A stretch of 62,970 nucleotides of DNA, the filler included, from Gonapodya sp. JEL0774 (taxonomy: Eukaryota): assembly GCA_027604505.1 (NCBI GenBank). It is 9 parts of 9 records of this genome, joined end to end, with 100 filler letters (N's around TTAATTAATTAA, not from the genome) between each part and the next. Parts side by side here need not be neighbours in the genome. Positions count along the whole stretch, not along the records: positions 35,127 to 42,032 come from JADIIX010000552.1; positions 42,133 to 49,025 come from JADIIX010000553.1; 7 more parts are not named here. One strand, given 5' to 3'. The notes under the pieces are model-generated. The model saw only the letters and a list, made by a program, of their open reading frames with translations. It had not been told where the DNA came from and did not search any database. The translations under genes were made by a program, and so were the position numbers. Positions within the stretch are counted from its first letter, which is position 1. Each line of letters opens with the position of its first letter. Shown here in pieces: positions 37,211-49,125 of this stretch.

Positions 37211-38236
37211 ATGGACGACACGCCGCAATCACAACCACCGTGGCTCGAGACGATGAAAAAGCTGCTGATTGAAAACAAACTGGCAGGACCGGCCTCGAGT
37301 GAGTCGATTCTAGCTTGCGATGCATGTTCCTATATGGTGTCATGCTCTCTTCACCTGCGCGTTTCGACCTACGCTAACACACCTAACACTGCTTCATTCA
37401 TTGCGAACTAAGACTACCTCTCTCTCGCTACTTGCCGTTCTCCTCCCAATCCACCGGCGGTGCGCACTCTCGTGTACCGAGGAGTTTTGGGTGACGTGGG
37501 CAACCCGGAGAACCGTGCATGCTTAGGTCATGCTAACGAGTTGAGCAACATGTTGGTTCTGTGCACGGATGTGCGGAGTGCGAAAGTGGGCGAGGTGGAG
37601 GCGAGTGCGGGTGGGGAGGTGTGCTGGTGAGTCCCGCGTATTTGAGTTCCGGCGCTTATGTTTGGACGAAAGACCATCAACATCAAATCGAAAATTTTAA
37701 TCACGGCCCGCTTGAGCTCAATTGCATCAACGCAGGAGACGGTAGTCTGATTTTCGATCGTGATTCCGGCTTCGTGAAGGGGAAAAAATTTGACGCACGA
37801 TGACCCAACTGTTCAATTGACTCCGCTTTGTAGGTACTTCACCCACTCCCGCCACCAGCTCCGTCTTGCTGGCCTTGTCCACATCATCCCGTCACCCTCG
37901 CATCCACTGTCCTCTCTGTTCATCTCCCGCCTTTCCCCCCATCTCACAACAGCACCCGAATTTAACGTTGAGCTAGAACGGAGACATTTGTGGAAGAGAC
38001 TTTCACCTGGTATGAGGGCAAGCTTTGCGACTGGCGCTCCAGGTGTGCCAAGGGATCCAGACGGTATCAAGAACAATGAAAAAGAGTCGGACCCGGACGC
38101 GGGATTAATCAATTTTGCGCTCGTTCTCTTCCAAGTCGATCGCGCAGAGATTCTTGCGTTGGCCGGTGAGATGGAGCGGAAGATCTTCGAACGAGGGAAG
38201 GGCGGCGCGTGGAACGTGACAGATGTGAATCCATGA
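37211..38236 (+). CDS. Pyridoxamine 5'-phosphate oxidase-like FMN-binding split-barrel protein
   Basis: YLSLAT..PAVRTLVYRG, LCTDVRSAKV, EVCW|YFTHSRHQLRLAG, WKRLSPGMRASF, NFALVLF and terminal VNP*. Confidence 0.85.
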
Positions 38237-38371
38237 GCAAATATGGACGCAGCTTCTGCAGGGAAACAAAAAGGAACTAGTTTAGAAACACGGGGTCCGT
38301 TTTGCCCTTTCCTCTCCTGCAAATCCTCGTTTATGGTGACCAGATCGGCTGGGCGCCCTTCCTCTTGTATC

Positions 38372-38788
38372 TCATCAAACGTGTATAAATGGAGATGCTG
38401 CATGCCTCACGTGAACAAATATTCCTGTTATTTATACAACAGTTACCAGCGTTTATTTCCCACTACTAGTAATATGCACTATGAAGACTGGTTATGTGGA
38501 TGCAAAATGATCAGCACCGTATGCCCTATGTATTTGGCAACTTGCAGTGCGGTAATTTCTCAATGAAAACTTGACTTGCTCCGAATTTTATTATCGGCAC
38601 TTGCGCTTCTGTCGAAGAACAGGTTTCCCTTTCCGCTCCCACAGCGAGCTGTACGAACCGTGCATATATATGGTGCTGATCAGCAGTTCGACCGCTTCCT
38701 TTCTGACATGAGATATTTTATTTCATCAAACGCGTATAATTGGAAATGCAAAATGCCTCGCATGAACAGATATTACTGCAGTATATAC
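38372..38788. repeat. Imperfect ~66-bp direct repeat (38372-38437 and 38723-38788)
   Basis: TCATCAAACGTGTATAAATGGAGATGC... versus TCATCAAACGCGTATAATTGGAAATGC... Confidence 0.8.
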
Positions 38789-38834
38789 TACACGATATGC
38801 TTCGTGGTAATACATATAAAGTCCTGGCCCCCAG

Positions 38835-40216
38835 TCACTCCCAGACATATCCATCTTCTGGGTCACATTCCTCATTCTCCCGTTCTATTGTCCGCATTCG
38901 CTGCCCATTGATAAGTTTGACGGTATGCATGCCATCCCAGCCATGCAAAACTGAAGGCCACCGGCCCTGCATCAGTGGTACCCAATTAACAAGAGGGACT
39001 CCAAATGGGATGTGTTTTGGCCTTTCCCGAAGTAGCGTCGGAGGTGGGATGTGGACTATGCAGGTGTCCACAGAAGACAACAATTTTGTCAGAATATCCC
39101 CGAATGCTGAAAACGCGTCAGCATCACTGAAGATGTCAAGGCAGATGTGGAGGTATTTCAAGTTGGGAAAAAAGTATGCTAGAGCATCCAAGACACTGGT
39201 TGATTGAGATGGGCCAGGAACGGACAACATGGAACTCCGGATGATAATTCTGAACTTTTGAATCCGAGTCAGCGTCGGAAGACTTTGGTAGTTGAATCCA
39301 TCTGGTATTGGTGGGTAAAACATCTGCTTTCCAATGTGTTGGACATCAATTGTGCCCAGAATCTCAAGATTTGGATAGATGGTGGGTGCACTGGGTAATG
39401 ACAAGAGGCTTCCATAGACGTTGAGGGATATGACTGAGCTTCTACGACTCTCGGGAACAAAACGCCGAATCATTTCTAGCGCTTCATCCGAGAACGCAAT
39501 TGGATAGAAAATGGAGCCACTCAGGTGTGTTGCGAGTGGAAACCGTTGAAGCAGATGCGGGATCAGTTCAGGCATCGCCTGCTGGTCTTCAACAGTCAAG
39601 TTCACAACACTATCCATAGTGAAGGCAGGTGGGAGATCTTGGAGCAAAGGTTGTGTGTCCCCGTGGCACGCGATAATGACTTTGGGGATGTTGAGCTCTC
39701 GGACACACTCCGCAAATGCTCGGAAGTAGCGTGGCATCAAGCGACCCGCGTAAAGCCATGCAATCTGACCTTGCGTTACGACCAGCTTAAAACGTCGCGA
39801 CTGCTCCGCTTTCCTGTCACTTCTGGTAACACCGTGGCTATCAAGACCACTTATAATCGCTTTCTGAACACTCTCAACCAGGCTCAGAGCTGACTCGGGC
39901 GTCCCTTGTTGCCTCTCTACCCCTATGACAAGTTTCGACTCAACGGAGACCCAGACTATCCCCGTCGGAGCCTTGATCAGCTGAGAGCGGTCCAACACGT
40001 GTATGATGTTTCGCCTATTCGCGGCAGGGCAGTAAATTCACACTGCACGGCAATCTCGTTTTCCATACAGCCTGGAATGACTCCCAATGCAACGGCGCGG
40101 AAGTGGCGGGAGAGTGGAGGGATCCGCGAGTAGAACACCAGAGGAGGGAGCAGACGAAAGACCGCATGGAGATTCTCGACGGGAAGCGAGGAAAGCGCTG
40201 AACGCTCAGATAGCAT
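38835..40216 (-). pseudogene. F-box-like paralogue of 29063-30412, interrupted by a frameshift near 40000-40040
   Basis: LSSLPVENLHAVFRLLPPLVFYSRIPPLSRHFRAVALGVIPGC aligns with the first copy. Homology continues in another frame (ORF 38835-39998). Confidence 0.6.
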
Positions 40217-40647
40217 CAAGTGACTATCAGAATGGGAAATTGTCGGTTTTTGCTCGGCAATGGATTCAAAACTGTCCTCCTTCCTCTCTATCCTGGTAGC
40301 AAAAATCATTCAAGAAAAAAGCTCAGACAATATCTACAGTACTATTCTTGGAACGTTAGACTCAGTAACTGGCTCATACTGTTATACCACGGCAGAATAA
40401 ATGGCGATCGTGTGCGGTCATAATGTCACGTCTTCAACAGCTTCCTGCTCAACCATCACCATTGCACGGCCCTCCGTCCAGTACATCCCAACCCTCCTCG
40501 GACCAAATTATTCCTCTAATCCACAAAGGGAGTGTCTTGCCCGAGTGCTCTCGCTGTGCTTGCTTTCCTCCAGCAGTTCTCTTCTGCAACTCCCGCTCCT
40601 TTCTCCATCCAACAAAACCGTGCAGTTCCCTCAAACCTCGCCCAGTA

Positions 40648-42032
40648 TCACCTCCCCTCCAACACCATCTCCACATCGCTCTTCCCCTGCCATCCGTACC
40701 CGATCCCGTACCCGAACTGTTCTTTCCCTGCGACATAGCCTACCCCCTCACCGGCTCCGTTCCTCGCTGCACCCGCCGTTCCCACGAGCTCGCCACTCTC
40801 GCTCACCGTCACCGTCGCTTCACTCCCCACACTGCCCGAATACCCACCGCTGTTGGCTCGGGAGTTCCCATGACTCGTCCCAACAAAATGTTCGTTCCCG
40901 TTGCCGTCGACATGCCCCGTCACGCCGTACCCTTCCCGCTCCATTCTACTCGGCGGTGTCGTGCTCTTCCCCCGTCCAATCCTCCCACTGCCACTGCCAC
41001 TGCCCCCCGACTCGGACGCCGACGACTCCGCCGACGGGGCCCGATACGCCGTGCCCGGTTGAGCCGTACCAGCTTCCTCACGCCACGCTCCGGACCGCCA
41101 ACCTTCCCTTTCCTCCATTGGTGCGTCCGCCACACCGCCGCGGACGTCTCGGTACCCTTCCGTCCGACCCCCGTCCATTCCATCACCCTCCTCGCCGTCA
41201 CTCAATGGAACCGACTGGGCCCTCTCAAAGTCTACCCTGCCATTCACGATCGGTGGTGGCGCGGTGTACACCGGTTTTGGGAATCCACCCGCACCACCCG
41301 CACCACCTCCTCCACCAACGGCTATCCCCAACCTACTCCGCAGTTCCTGAACTTCATCTTCAAGTTCTCGGATCCGCCGGTCTTTCTCCCTGATGGTGCG
41401 CTGTTGGGATTCGGAGACGGCTTCGAGGTCGGAGATGCGTTGGAACTTGCGCTCGCGGGAGCGCCGGGCGGCGAGTTCTGAAGGATAAGGGTAGATCGGG
41501 GGAATAAAGAGTGAAGGAAAGGGAATGGGGTGAGTGTGGAACAGGGGTAAAGATGCTCGCTCTTTACAATAAAACGTTGTCCTAGTCTGTCCTTGTCCCA
41601 ATGGATAGTGATCCCTCCTGTACCAGCCAAAGAGACAGGATCCCAAATTCCTGCCGTGCTGGACATCCTCACTTTATATCGCCGCATTCTTGCAATCGTC
41701 GGGTTCTATTTTAACCGGCACCATCTGAACTTAGCGTACCAATTCAGTACCCTTGAGTGAGGTTCTTATCCGCCTTTGCATCTTACACGATGATGCTTCC
41801 ATTACCATTGCAATTCTGCGTGATTGTCCTCCGATTGAAAGAGACTGTAAGCTCCCACCACAGCCACCACAGCGCCTAAAGCCCGGTGGAGATTTTGTCA
41901 ACAGAGTAATTCCTCCTTGCCTACTCCATTTCTTCCAGGAACCCACAAATACCCAAACGCCAGTTTGTCTCGTATACTCACTGTTCAGCTCCCTCCTCCT
42001 ACTCGCCTCCGCCTCGATATCCATCGCTGCCA
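40648..42032 (-). CDS. Gcn4/CpcA-like bZIP transcription factor, 5' truncated; 3' end uncertain
   Basis: NPTIARMRRYK|N..AARRSRERKFQRISDLE..IRELEDEVQELRSRL forms a basic region plus zipper. The frame is broken at the exon junction (see findings). Confidence 0.7.
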
Positions 42033-42132
42033 NNNNNNNNNNNNNNNNNNNNNNNNNNNNNNNNNNNNNNNNNNNNTTAATTAATTAANNNNNNNNNNNN
42101 NNNNNNNNNNNNNNNNNNNNNNNNNNNNNNNN
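42033..42132. other. Artificial contig spacer
   Basis: N44-TTAATTAATTAA-N44. Confidence 0.99.
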
Positions 42133-43704
42133 CTCTGGTACCCCGCCTCGGGCCCCTCTCTCACCGCCTCCTTGAGAGCCTTCAACAACTCGGTTCCGCC
42201 CAGATCGGCCTGCACGTTCTCCACGTGGTGCACGGCCCTGTTCAAGGTGTTGGCGTCGTAGGGGACCGGACCGGGGCGGAACAGCACGGTGTAGGTGGAG
42301 CCGAAGCCGATGATGTTGAACTTGCTGGTGGGCGGGAGGGATTTGAGGAGGAGGAGGAGGGCGGAGCGGGCGTGGGTGATGTTGGTGCCGGACATGGAGC
42401 CGGATCTGGGGGGGGCGGGGGAGGAAGGGGGGGGGGGGGGGGGGGGGCGGTGTGAAGGGAGGAGCGATTTGGGTTTGGATTGAGGGGGGGGGAAACCGTC
42501 AAAGGACCAACCAGAACCCGACCCAGCACCGTCAACGAACGTACCTATCGAGCACGAAAATGACCTCTGTCTTGGCCTCCTTGACCTTGAACTTTGGCAC
42601 GAACGTGACCATTGCGCACTTGGTACCTGACCTGGCGTCCCTCTCCACCACGGCGCGAGGTCTGTCGAGGCCGGGGGACTTGACGACCAGGACAAAGTCC
42701 CTGTCGAGAAACACGGGACTGGAGGCGGAGGTGGAGGTGGAGTTTTTGGCGAGGGCGAGTTTCGCCACGGCGTGTTTGGGGTCGCGGGGGTCGAGGGAGA
42801 CGGCGATCTGGTGGGTCGGGGAGGAGACTTGGGTGACGGGACCGGCTGCCATGCGGATGTCTAGGGCGAGGGAGAGTGTGTACTGCACGTCGGCATCGTT
42901 GTCTGGGTAGGATGTTCCGCCAGGCAAGAGGTTTGTTCCGACGGGGGCGGAGAAGGATCCGTAGGTGGAGCTCGCGACGGTGGTGGGTATGACCAGACGG
43001 AGTTCGTCGTTGGCCTCGTCGGTGGGGAGAAGGTGGACGTAGGAGATGCGGATGAGGACGGGTTTTCGCGGGGGGATGTTGCCGACGGAGATTTGGAAGA
43101 CTGGAGGGTGGAGGGAGGTCGGGGGTGGGGGTGGGGGGTTTGGGTGAGTCCGAAAGCACACAAATTCCATGAAAACATAAATGTGTAAACTGTGTCCATA
43201 TGGGTCCATATGGACCGCTGACAAGGATCAATTGTGGGCGAGAAGGGTCACTCGTCTCGGGCAGGCCCCTCGCTCCGTTCGCTTCGCTCACTCCGCGAGG
43301 AATCAATTCGCCTCCGGCGGACTCTGCTCGTCGCTGGCGCTTGGGCGAGGCGCTCACCTCCCCCTTTACTCACTGTCGGCCTTCTGCTCCTCCAACAGAA
43401 ACGCCCTGTTCCCTGTAGCGATCGCTGTATTGTAGTCTCTGGCTGCGTCCTCTCTCTCTTTACAAACCCCACGGACGACCGTGCCATCGACCTCTGCCTG
43501 GAACGCGTAGACGGCAGCGCTCTCGTAGATTGGGAACTTGTAGAGGGCCTCGACAGGAGTGGAGCCGTGGTTGAAGTAGGACTGAGACAAGGAGACGGAG
43601 ACAAGGGAGTCGATGAGATGGCATTGGGCGTGGACTTTGATGAGGGGGAGCGGGGATGGAGGGGAGGAGGGGTCGGAAGAAACAAACAGCCCAGCGAAAT
43701 TCAT
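42133..43704 (-). CDS. VIT + von Willebrand A domain protein (VWA5A-like), 3' truncated
   Basis: VEALYKFPIYESAAVYAFQAEVDG, FQISVGNIPP, DRDFVL, EVIFVLDR|SGSM (MIDAS), FNIIGFGS and ADLGGTEL. Confidence 0.93.
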
Positions 43705-44678
43705 TCTGATTTGATGATGTGATGATGTGATGATTTGAAGGGAATTCGATGATTCGATGGATGCGAGAAAGAGAAAAAAGAAGAGAGAATCAAGCGGGGA
43801 TTGGAATGTTTCAGCCCATTCGGGCTGTCTCTTTATATTGAAACAGTCCACATGTCCACATGTGTTGAGAGTGTGTGCGGTGTCGGGTTGAGCTCAACAC
43901 CCCCCACAGCTCCCTCCATCCCTCATCCCTCATCCCTCTGTGGCCTTAGTTACCGGCTCAATCACTGTCCACATGTCCACATGTCCCCTTCATTCTCTCC
44001 TCTTTCCTTTCTCCTTCCCCTATTCTCAAATTCTCATTTCTCAAATAATCAAACAAATTCTTTTCTCTTTTTTCCCCCTTCTAATACATGCCAGCACTGA
44101 CTGGCCCAACACCCCACATCTGCTTAGTCTCTATATTCATGGATATACATACACGCCATCGTGTTTAGTCGTGTATAGCAGTGTCTGTCATGGAACTGCT
44201 CTGGTGCCGTGTGAACTTGTGGAATCACCACCTTTGCTTACCCCACTCATTCACAGATGAATTCTAGGTTTCGGAAGCACAAGAATATGGTATATTTGCA
44301 TTTTACACGACTAAATTTAATGGCCGTTCATATCATGAACATATCATGCCGATTTCAACTGATCTGGCCGGAACTCCATCGTCAATATACAATTGTGGGA
44401 TAAATCTGATCACCTCGATATATCACTACATCCCGAAATCCGATGGTCAGAAGCAGAATTATATATATATCCGAAGTATATCTATCCGATTCAAGCATAT
44501 CTGAACATCGTTTGCACTCTCGAAACCGGACAATCCGACTGATATCCGCTGGTCGCACGTTGCTCCACTAACAAAGTGCGCCTCCACCTCAAAGGTGCGG
44601 AGGAGGATCAAATACCCGGAAATGGATTCCACCCCGTGCTCCAACCTTGTCTTTCCTTCACATACCAGTGCACCAGTA

Positions 44679-45308
44679 ATGCCCCGTAACCACTCTTCTT
44701 CATCGTGGCCGCTCTTGGTTCTGCTCGCATGTGTCGCCTGTGTCGGCATCACTCCTGTTGTGACCGACTCGACAGATCAGCTCCGGTTGCAAAGTGCGGT
44801 CTGGCTCAAAGCATGCCCAGGAAACATGAGGATCAACTTTCAGTATTATCTCTATGACATGTACGTTTGTACTCCATTTCGTGCTCTTGGTCTTGAGGGC
44901 CTCGTCCGTGGATGATGACGAACTCTTCGTCCTCTCACGGCTTCCAGTTTCAGAAACCCTTCGTTGGGATCTGTTCAGTACACAAACCCAGGCTGCACTC
45001 CGTCCTGGTACAACAACGCGGGATCCGGTTGTTTCATCAACTCCGTCACCGGGAAACTCACGAGAAAGGATTTTCAAGGTTTCTGGGCGGACGATGACGT
45101 GATCATTGGTGTGGAGTTCACAATCAAAGTGACCCAATCTGGAAAACAGCAAACAACCGAGGTGCTGTACGTGGAGACCGGGGCATCCATGGTGATGAGC
45201 GGCACGTCGTTCAGGTATTACTGGCATCACGAGAATACTCAAGGATTTGCAAAGTTTTTGTATGGGCTAAGCGGCGGTGACGTTTGCCCACTATCAAGTT
45301 TCGTATAA
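44679..45308 (+). CDS. Small secreted protein, unknown function
   Basis: Hydrophobic signal WPLLVLLACVACVG. One GT-AG intron (~44861-44948) joins two ORFs in frame. An alternative ATG lies at 44622. Confidence 0.6.
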
Positions 45309-46916
45309 ATCATGTAATTTTGCTCAGAATGGCCATTCTCGGGATGAAATGGTTTAGCCGGCCTGGCATATCAAACACTACGGCACTATGAATCATCACA
45401 GAAGCATCTTTCAAATCGCCCCACGCACTCGTGGGCGACAGAGCCTGATTCTATGTCAGGAGACCACGTTATATTGCCTTTTTCCTCCGCAAAGTGTTCG
45501 CTGGCCGGCACTCCCAGCGCCTTCAGCTCTCCTCTGGAAGTTCGAGAGCTCGAATTGAGGCAATTTCGCATCGAATGAGTCGCGCTTTTAGGACCTTAGG
45601 TCCTTGTTCTTGAGAAAACGATGACCGTCTTCGCACAAGTAATTGACAAGTAGTTCGCGTAGTTGCTGTGGAAACTACATGACCAACACAATCTGCACAC
45701 CCTCTTGACAGACTGATGGGTCGCAAGCGGAAACGACATCTGGCGACAGCAAGACCACCGAACAGAATGAACAATCGGACGCTACAGGATTCGGAAAATG
45801 CGCACTCTCTCGCAGTCCACCTGACGGATTGGACCGCGCCATTTGAGGGAAGTTGAGACGGCTGGAATTAACAGAGAGTGGCAACGTTCGCAGTGAGTAC
45901 TTCGTGTCCGCGATTGTCAGTGCATATGTTCGTTGTGATGTTTTTTTCGCTGCCTGTGGTTCCCGCCGAACATCGCATCTGAACATTAGCGATTGCACTT
46001 GAATGAATTCTCGTCCGTGCTACTGCTGCGCGGGGCACGACTTACGTTGCGTTATGCGTATCTATACATAGATTTATTGGCTTCGCGCGAATGAAGTTTA
46101 CGTTGTGTAAGCTACCCTAGTTACTCCCGATATTAAGACTTTGTATCTCAGGTGAAGTCATCAGTCATTCCATGATCACTCCGTATCTCCCTTCCTGCAC
46201 TCACGCCGCCACGGGGGAACCTGCACGGGACCAGTAGCAATTTTGGCGACCAAAAAATAAAAGAGAAGGGGCCGACACAAAAGGGGACCCCTCATAACCC
46301 CATGAACCTCTTCGGTGGAACCAGGTGTTCCGGGTTTTCTGTTTTTTTGGTCGCTCCCCACGATGTGTGGGACGTGTCACCAGTGCCCCTCGCCCCCCGA
46401 CCCCCCTCCCGATCATCCGCCGTACAATTGTCACCTACTCCCCCTGCACCAAGGGGACGAGCGGACGTAGGTTCATATGTGTGTACGTTCGTGCAGCTCA
46501 ACGTGCATACATATCATTGAGCACAAGGTTGGAGTGATACAAACCAGGTCGAAATAACGTACCGAGACGAAAAAAACTGGGGGTTGGGGTGGGTGGGGGG
46601 GAATGTTGTCGGGGATATTGTGGACACACGGTGCCTGAGCCATGCAAGTATGTACGCACTACTTGGACCGGCGCGGACGCCGAGGTCGACATTCATCATA
46701 TTAAAACTTCAAAACCGCTTTCAGTTGCTCCATCACAACTCACTACTGGTGACTTTGACTTTGGGATTTCACCTCTCAACCCCTCTGCAGTCTGCCCCCA
46801 TACCGATTGCAAGCGTCGTTTTCAGGTTCACGAGCGCAACGGTGGTGAGTTGGTCGTCCCCATTTTTTCCCACCACGGCTCAGTCACAAAGAGCACAGCC
46901 CTCCATCAGGTGGTTC

Positions 46917-47526
46917 ATGACCACATCGCTCTTGTCCCCCCCCCAAAGAACTCGTTTTTCCCGCTCCTTCTCCTTCTGGTCTTTACATCTGGCCTCGATG
47001 CATACAGTGGCCCAAAAGCTACGTTGATCCACGTCTCTTGGTGCTATGAGGGAAACTTCTTGCTAAAAGCGGAACTGGAGGCATACGCAGGTGTCAGGGT
47101 GAGTCTACAAAACCGTTCTTGAGCGCCAAGTGTGGAGCGGGGTGGGAGCAGCTCTCTTCAACTGTCGCCCCCTCGTCCTCGCAATTTTTGGTACAGCCCT
47201 CGTGGAACCACGAGCAGCCACTTGACACGGTCGAGGTTAACCTCTGGCTCTGGGGAATGTGCCCCGAGGGCAAAAAATCGGACCGCTGCATCGCCCCTGT
47301 CATCGCGGGCCAGTCTGCTCCATCGTGCACAAATGGGTCCTGCCTGCAACTAGACAATTCGCCCTTCGACTATACCAAAAACTACTTCAAGTACGGCGGG
47401 GAGAGTTGGAGGTGTTGGCCCGAAGACAACCCGAACGGTCGTTACCTCTACCAAACACCTTCGAGAACCGTCTATTGCATGTCGCACTACTACTGCTGTC
47501 CTGAGACAGGGTGCACAGGTTACTGA
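46917..47526 (+). CDS. Small secreted Cys-rich protein; ATG out of frame across a C9 run
   Basis: Signal FFPLLLLLVFTSGLDA, intron ~47099-47195, and a Cys-rich C-terminus ending YYCCPETGCTGY*. Confidence 0.55.
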
Positions 47527-48529
47527 ATTGGAGCGAGAGAAGGAGAGCATCGGAGGTTTTCGAGATGAGCCACGCGTGTTTGCGAAAGGAAACCGCTGTG
47601 TTCTGAGATAAGTAAATATAAGCCCCTTCATGAGTCTTCTGTCGGGCTGGACGAATGCTGTCCTATAAATAAGTACGTTAAAATCCGTCTATTCAATGTT
47701 CCGAGATATTCATCCTCAGATGTTAGTGGGGTGGAAGCAAGTGGGCGTTGCTTTGATAATGTGCAATTGGGAGCTACTGACATTCGTGAATACCTCAATG
47801 ATGCTATCGGAAACATTGTTTTGTTTCAGCGTGTGAGGACGAAGTTGCATGCAACCTGTTCGACTCGAGAGCGGCTTCAGAATCACCTAACGGTGCCATG
47901 CAGCGCCCTGGTAGAAACAAAGGCGAATGGCGTTGAGGTGAAGACCCAAAAGAGATCACGGATACCATCTATACATTTGGGCAGCGGACTAACTGTGACT
48001 GTCCCTCCTGGTCAACTCAGGAAAGCCCTGGAATCATGAGGAAAGAAGTTCCTACTCACAAAAATAATGGGTCAGAAATCTCTTTTGAATGCGAGAGGGG
48101 TTTACGTTGGCCGTATTACAGCATCCAACAGATGGATGGAAGTTCTCGATAAAACTGTCGCTGTAGGAATGCCCATATATTTTGTGAAGCAGCTGCACCT
48201 CTCCTTCGCCCACTCCTGGCTCAAAATCACCAGAGTAGCGTGGTCCAAAGTGCCAGACTTCGCCTTTCCAACTCCCAATACTGAGAAAGATTCCATGGAA
48301 GTAGAACTTTTTTGAAGACCTGATTGGTCGCAGGATTTGATCACGAGGAATCAATGATACAGCGGTGGTCATAAATAATGTCCTATACTGCAAGGACAGT
48401 TTGACAGAGTCGGCACCTGCAAGGTTATCCGATATGAATACATCCGCCAACGTGGAATCATCCAGGGGTACAATCTATTCTTTGTGGAGATCTGGCAGAT
48501 ATATACCTTATATATTGTTCTTGATATAT

Positions 48530-48568
48530 TGTCGGCAAGGCTGTCGGCAAGTGTCGGCAAGTGTCGGT
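48530..48568. repeat. Short tandem repeat (TGTCGGCAAG) x ~3.5
   Basis: Seen directly in the sequence. Confidence 0.85.
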
Positions 48569-49025
48569 CATGGGGATATATATTATATATAGGGAATAGC
48601 ACATAGTAAATGGAGGAGTGTGTGGCACAGTGATTGAGAATATATTGTATGACTCTGTGCGGGCGGACACAATTAGGGGAGGGCTGACTAGACGATGATG
48701 GTAGCCGAACAATCCCGATGAACCCTGCCCTTTGATAGCGTACGGAGAGAACTGTAGATCACCACAATCGGCGAAGTAGGAATGGCGAACGTCTTTGCTG
48801 TAGGCTCGATCAAGTGTGTCCGCTAAGGGGACCCCTCCATCGCTCTTGTGCTGCCAAAAAATAAATGAGCGAAGATGGAGGCCTGATGGAGGGGTCTTAA
48901 TTAGTAACACTTCGCACAACACAAAACATTATTGGGGAAATGGTGTCGCAAATTTTTTTTCCACCCCCATTGTCAGACCCACCCCCCCGGGGGGTGGAAA
49001 TTTCTTTTGAGGGGGTGGACAAAAT

Positions 49026-49125
49026 NNNNNNNNNNNNNNNNNNNNNNNNNNNNNNNNNNNNNNNNNNNNTTAATTAATTAANNNNNNNNNNNNNNNNNNN
49101 NNNNNNNNNNNNNNNNNNNNNNNNN
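49026..49125. other. Artificial contig spacer
   Basis: N44-TTAATTAATTAA-N44. Confidence 0.99.

Noticed and set aside
37628..37833. C/D snoRNA or riboswitch in the longer intron of the FMN-binding gene
   Set aside because: CTGA and short stems are present, but there is no box C and no TPP aptamer consensus.
40401..41481. Long plus-strand ORFs (330 and 352 aa)
   Set aside because: They are antisense shadows of the GC-rich minus-strand bZIP gene and show no domain features.
43255..43300. Second HDV-like ribozyme (TCCTCGC and GCGAA on the minus strand)
   Set aside because: No P3, P1 or P1.1 pairing can be formed.
47660..48450. Minus-strand ORF fragments as a gene or transposase
   Set aside because: No recognisable motif, and downstream frames contain stops.
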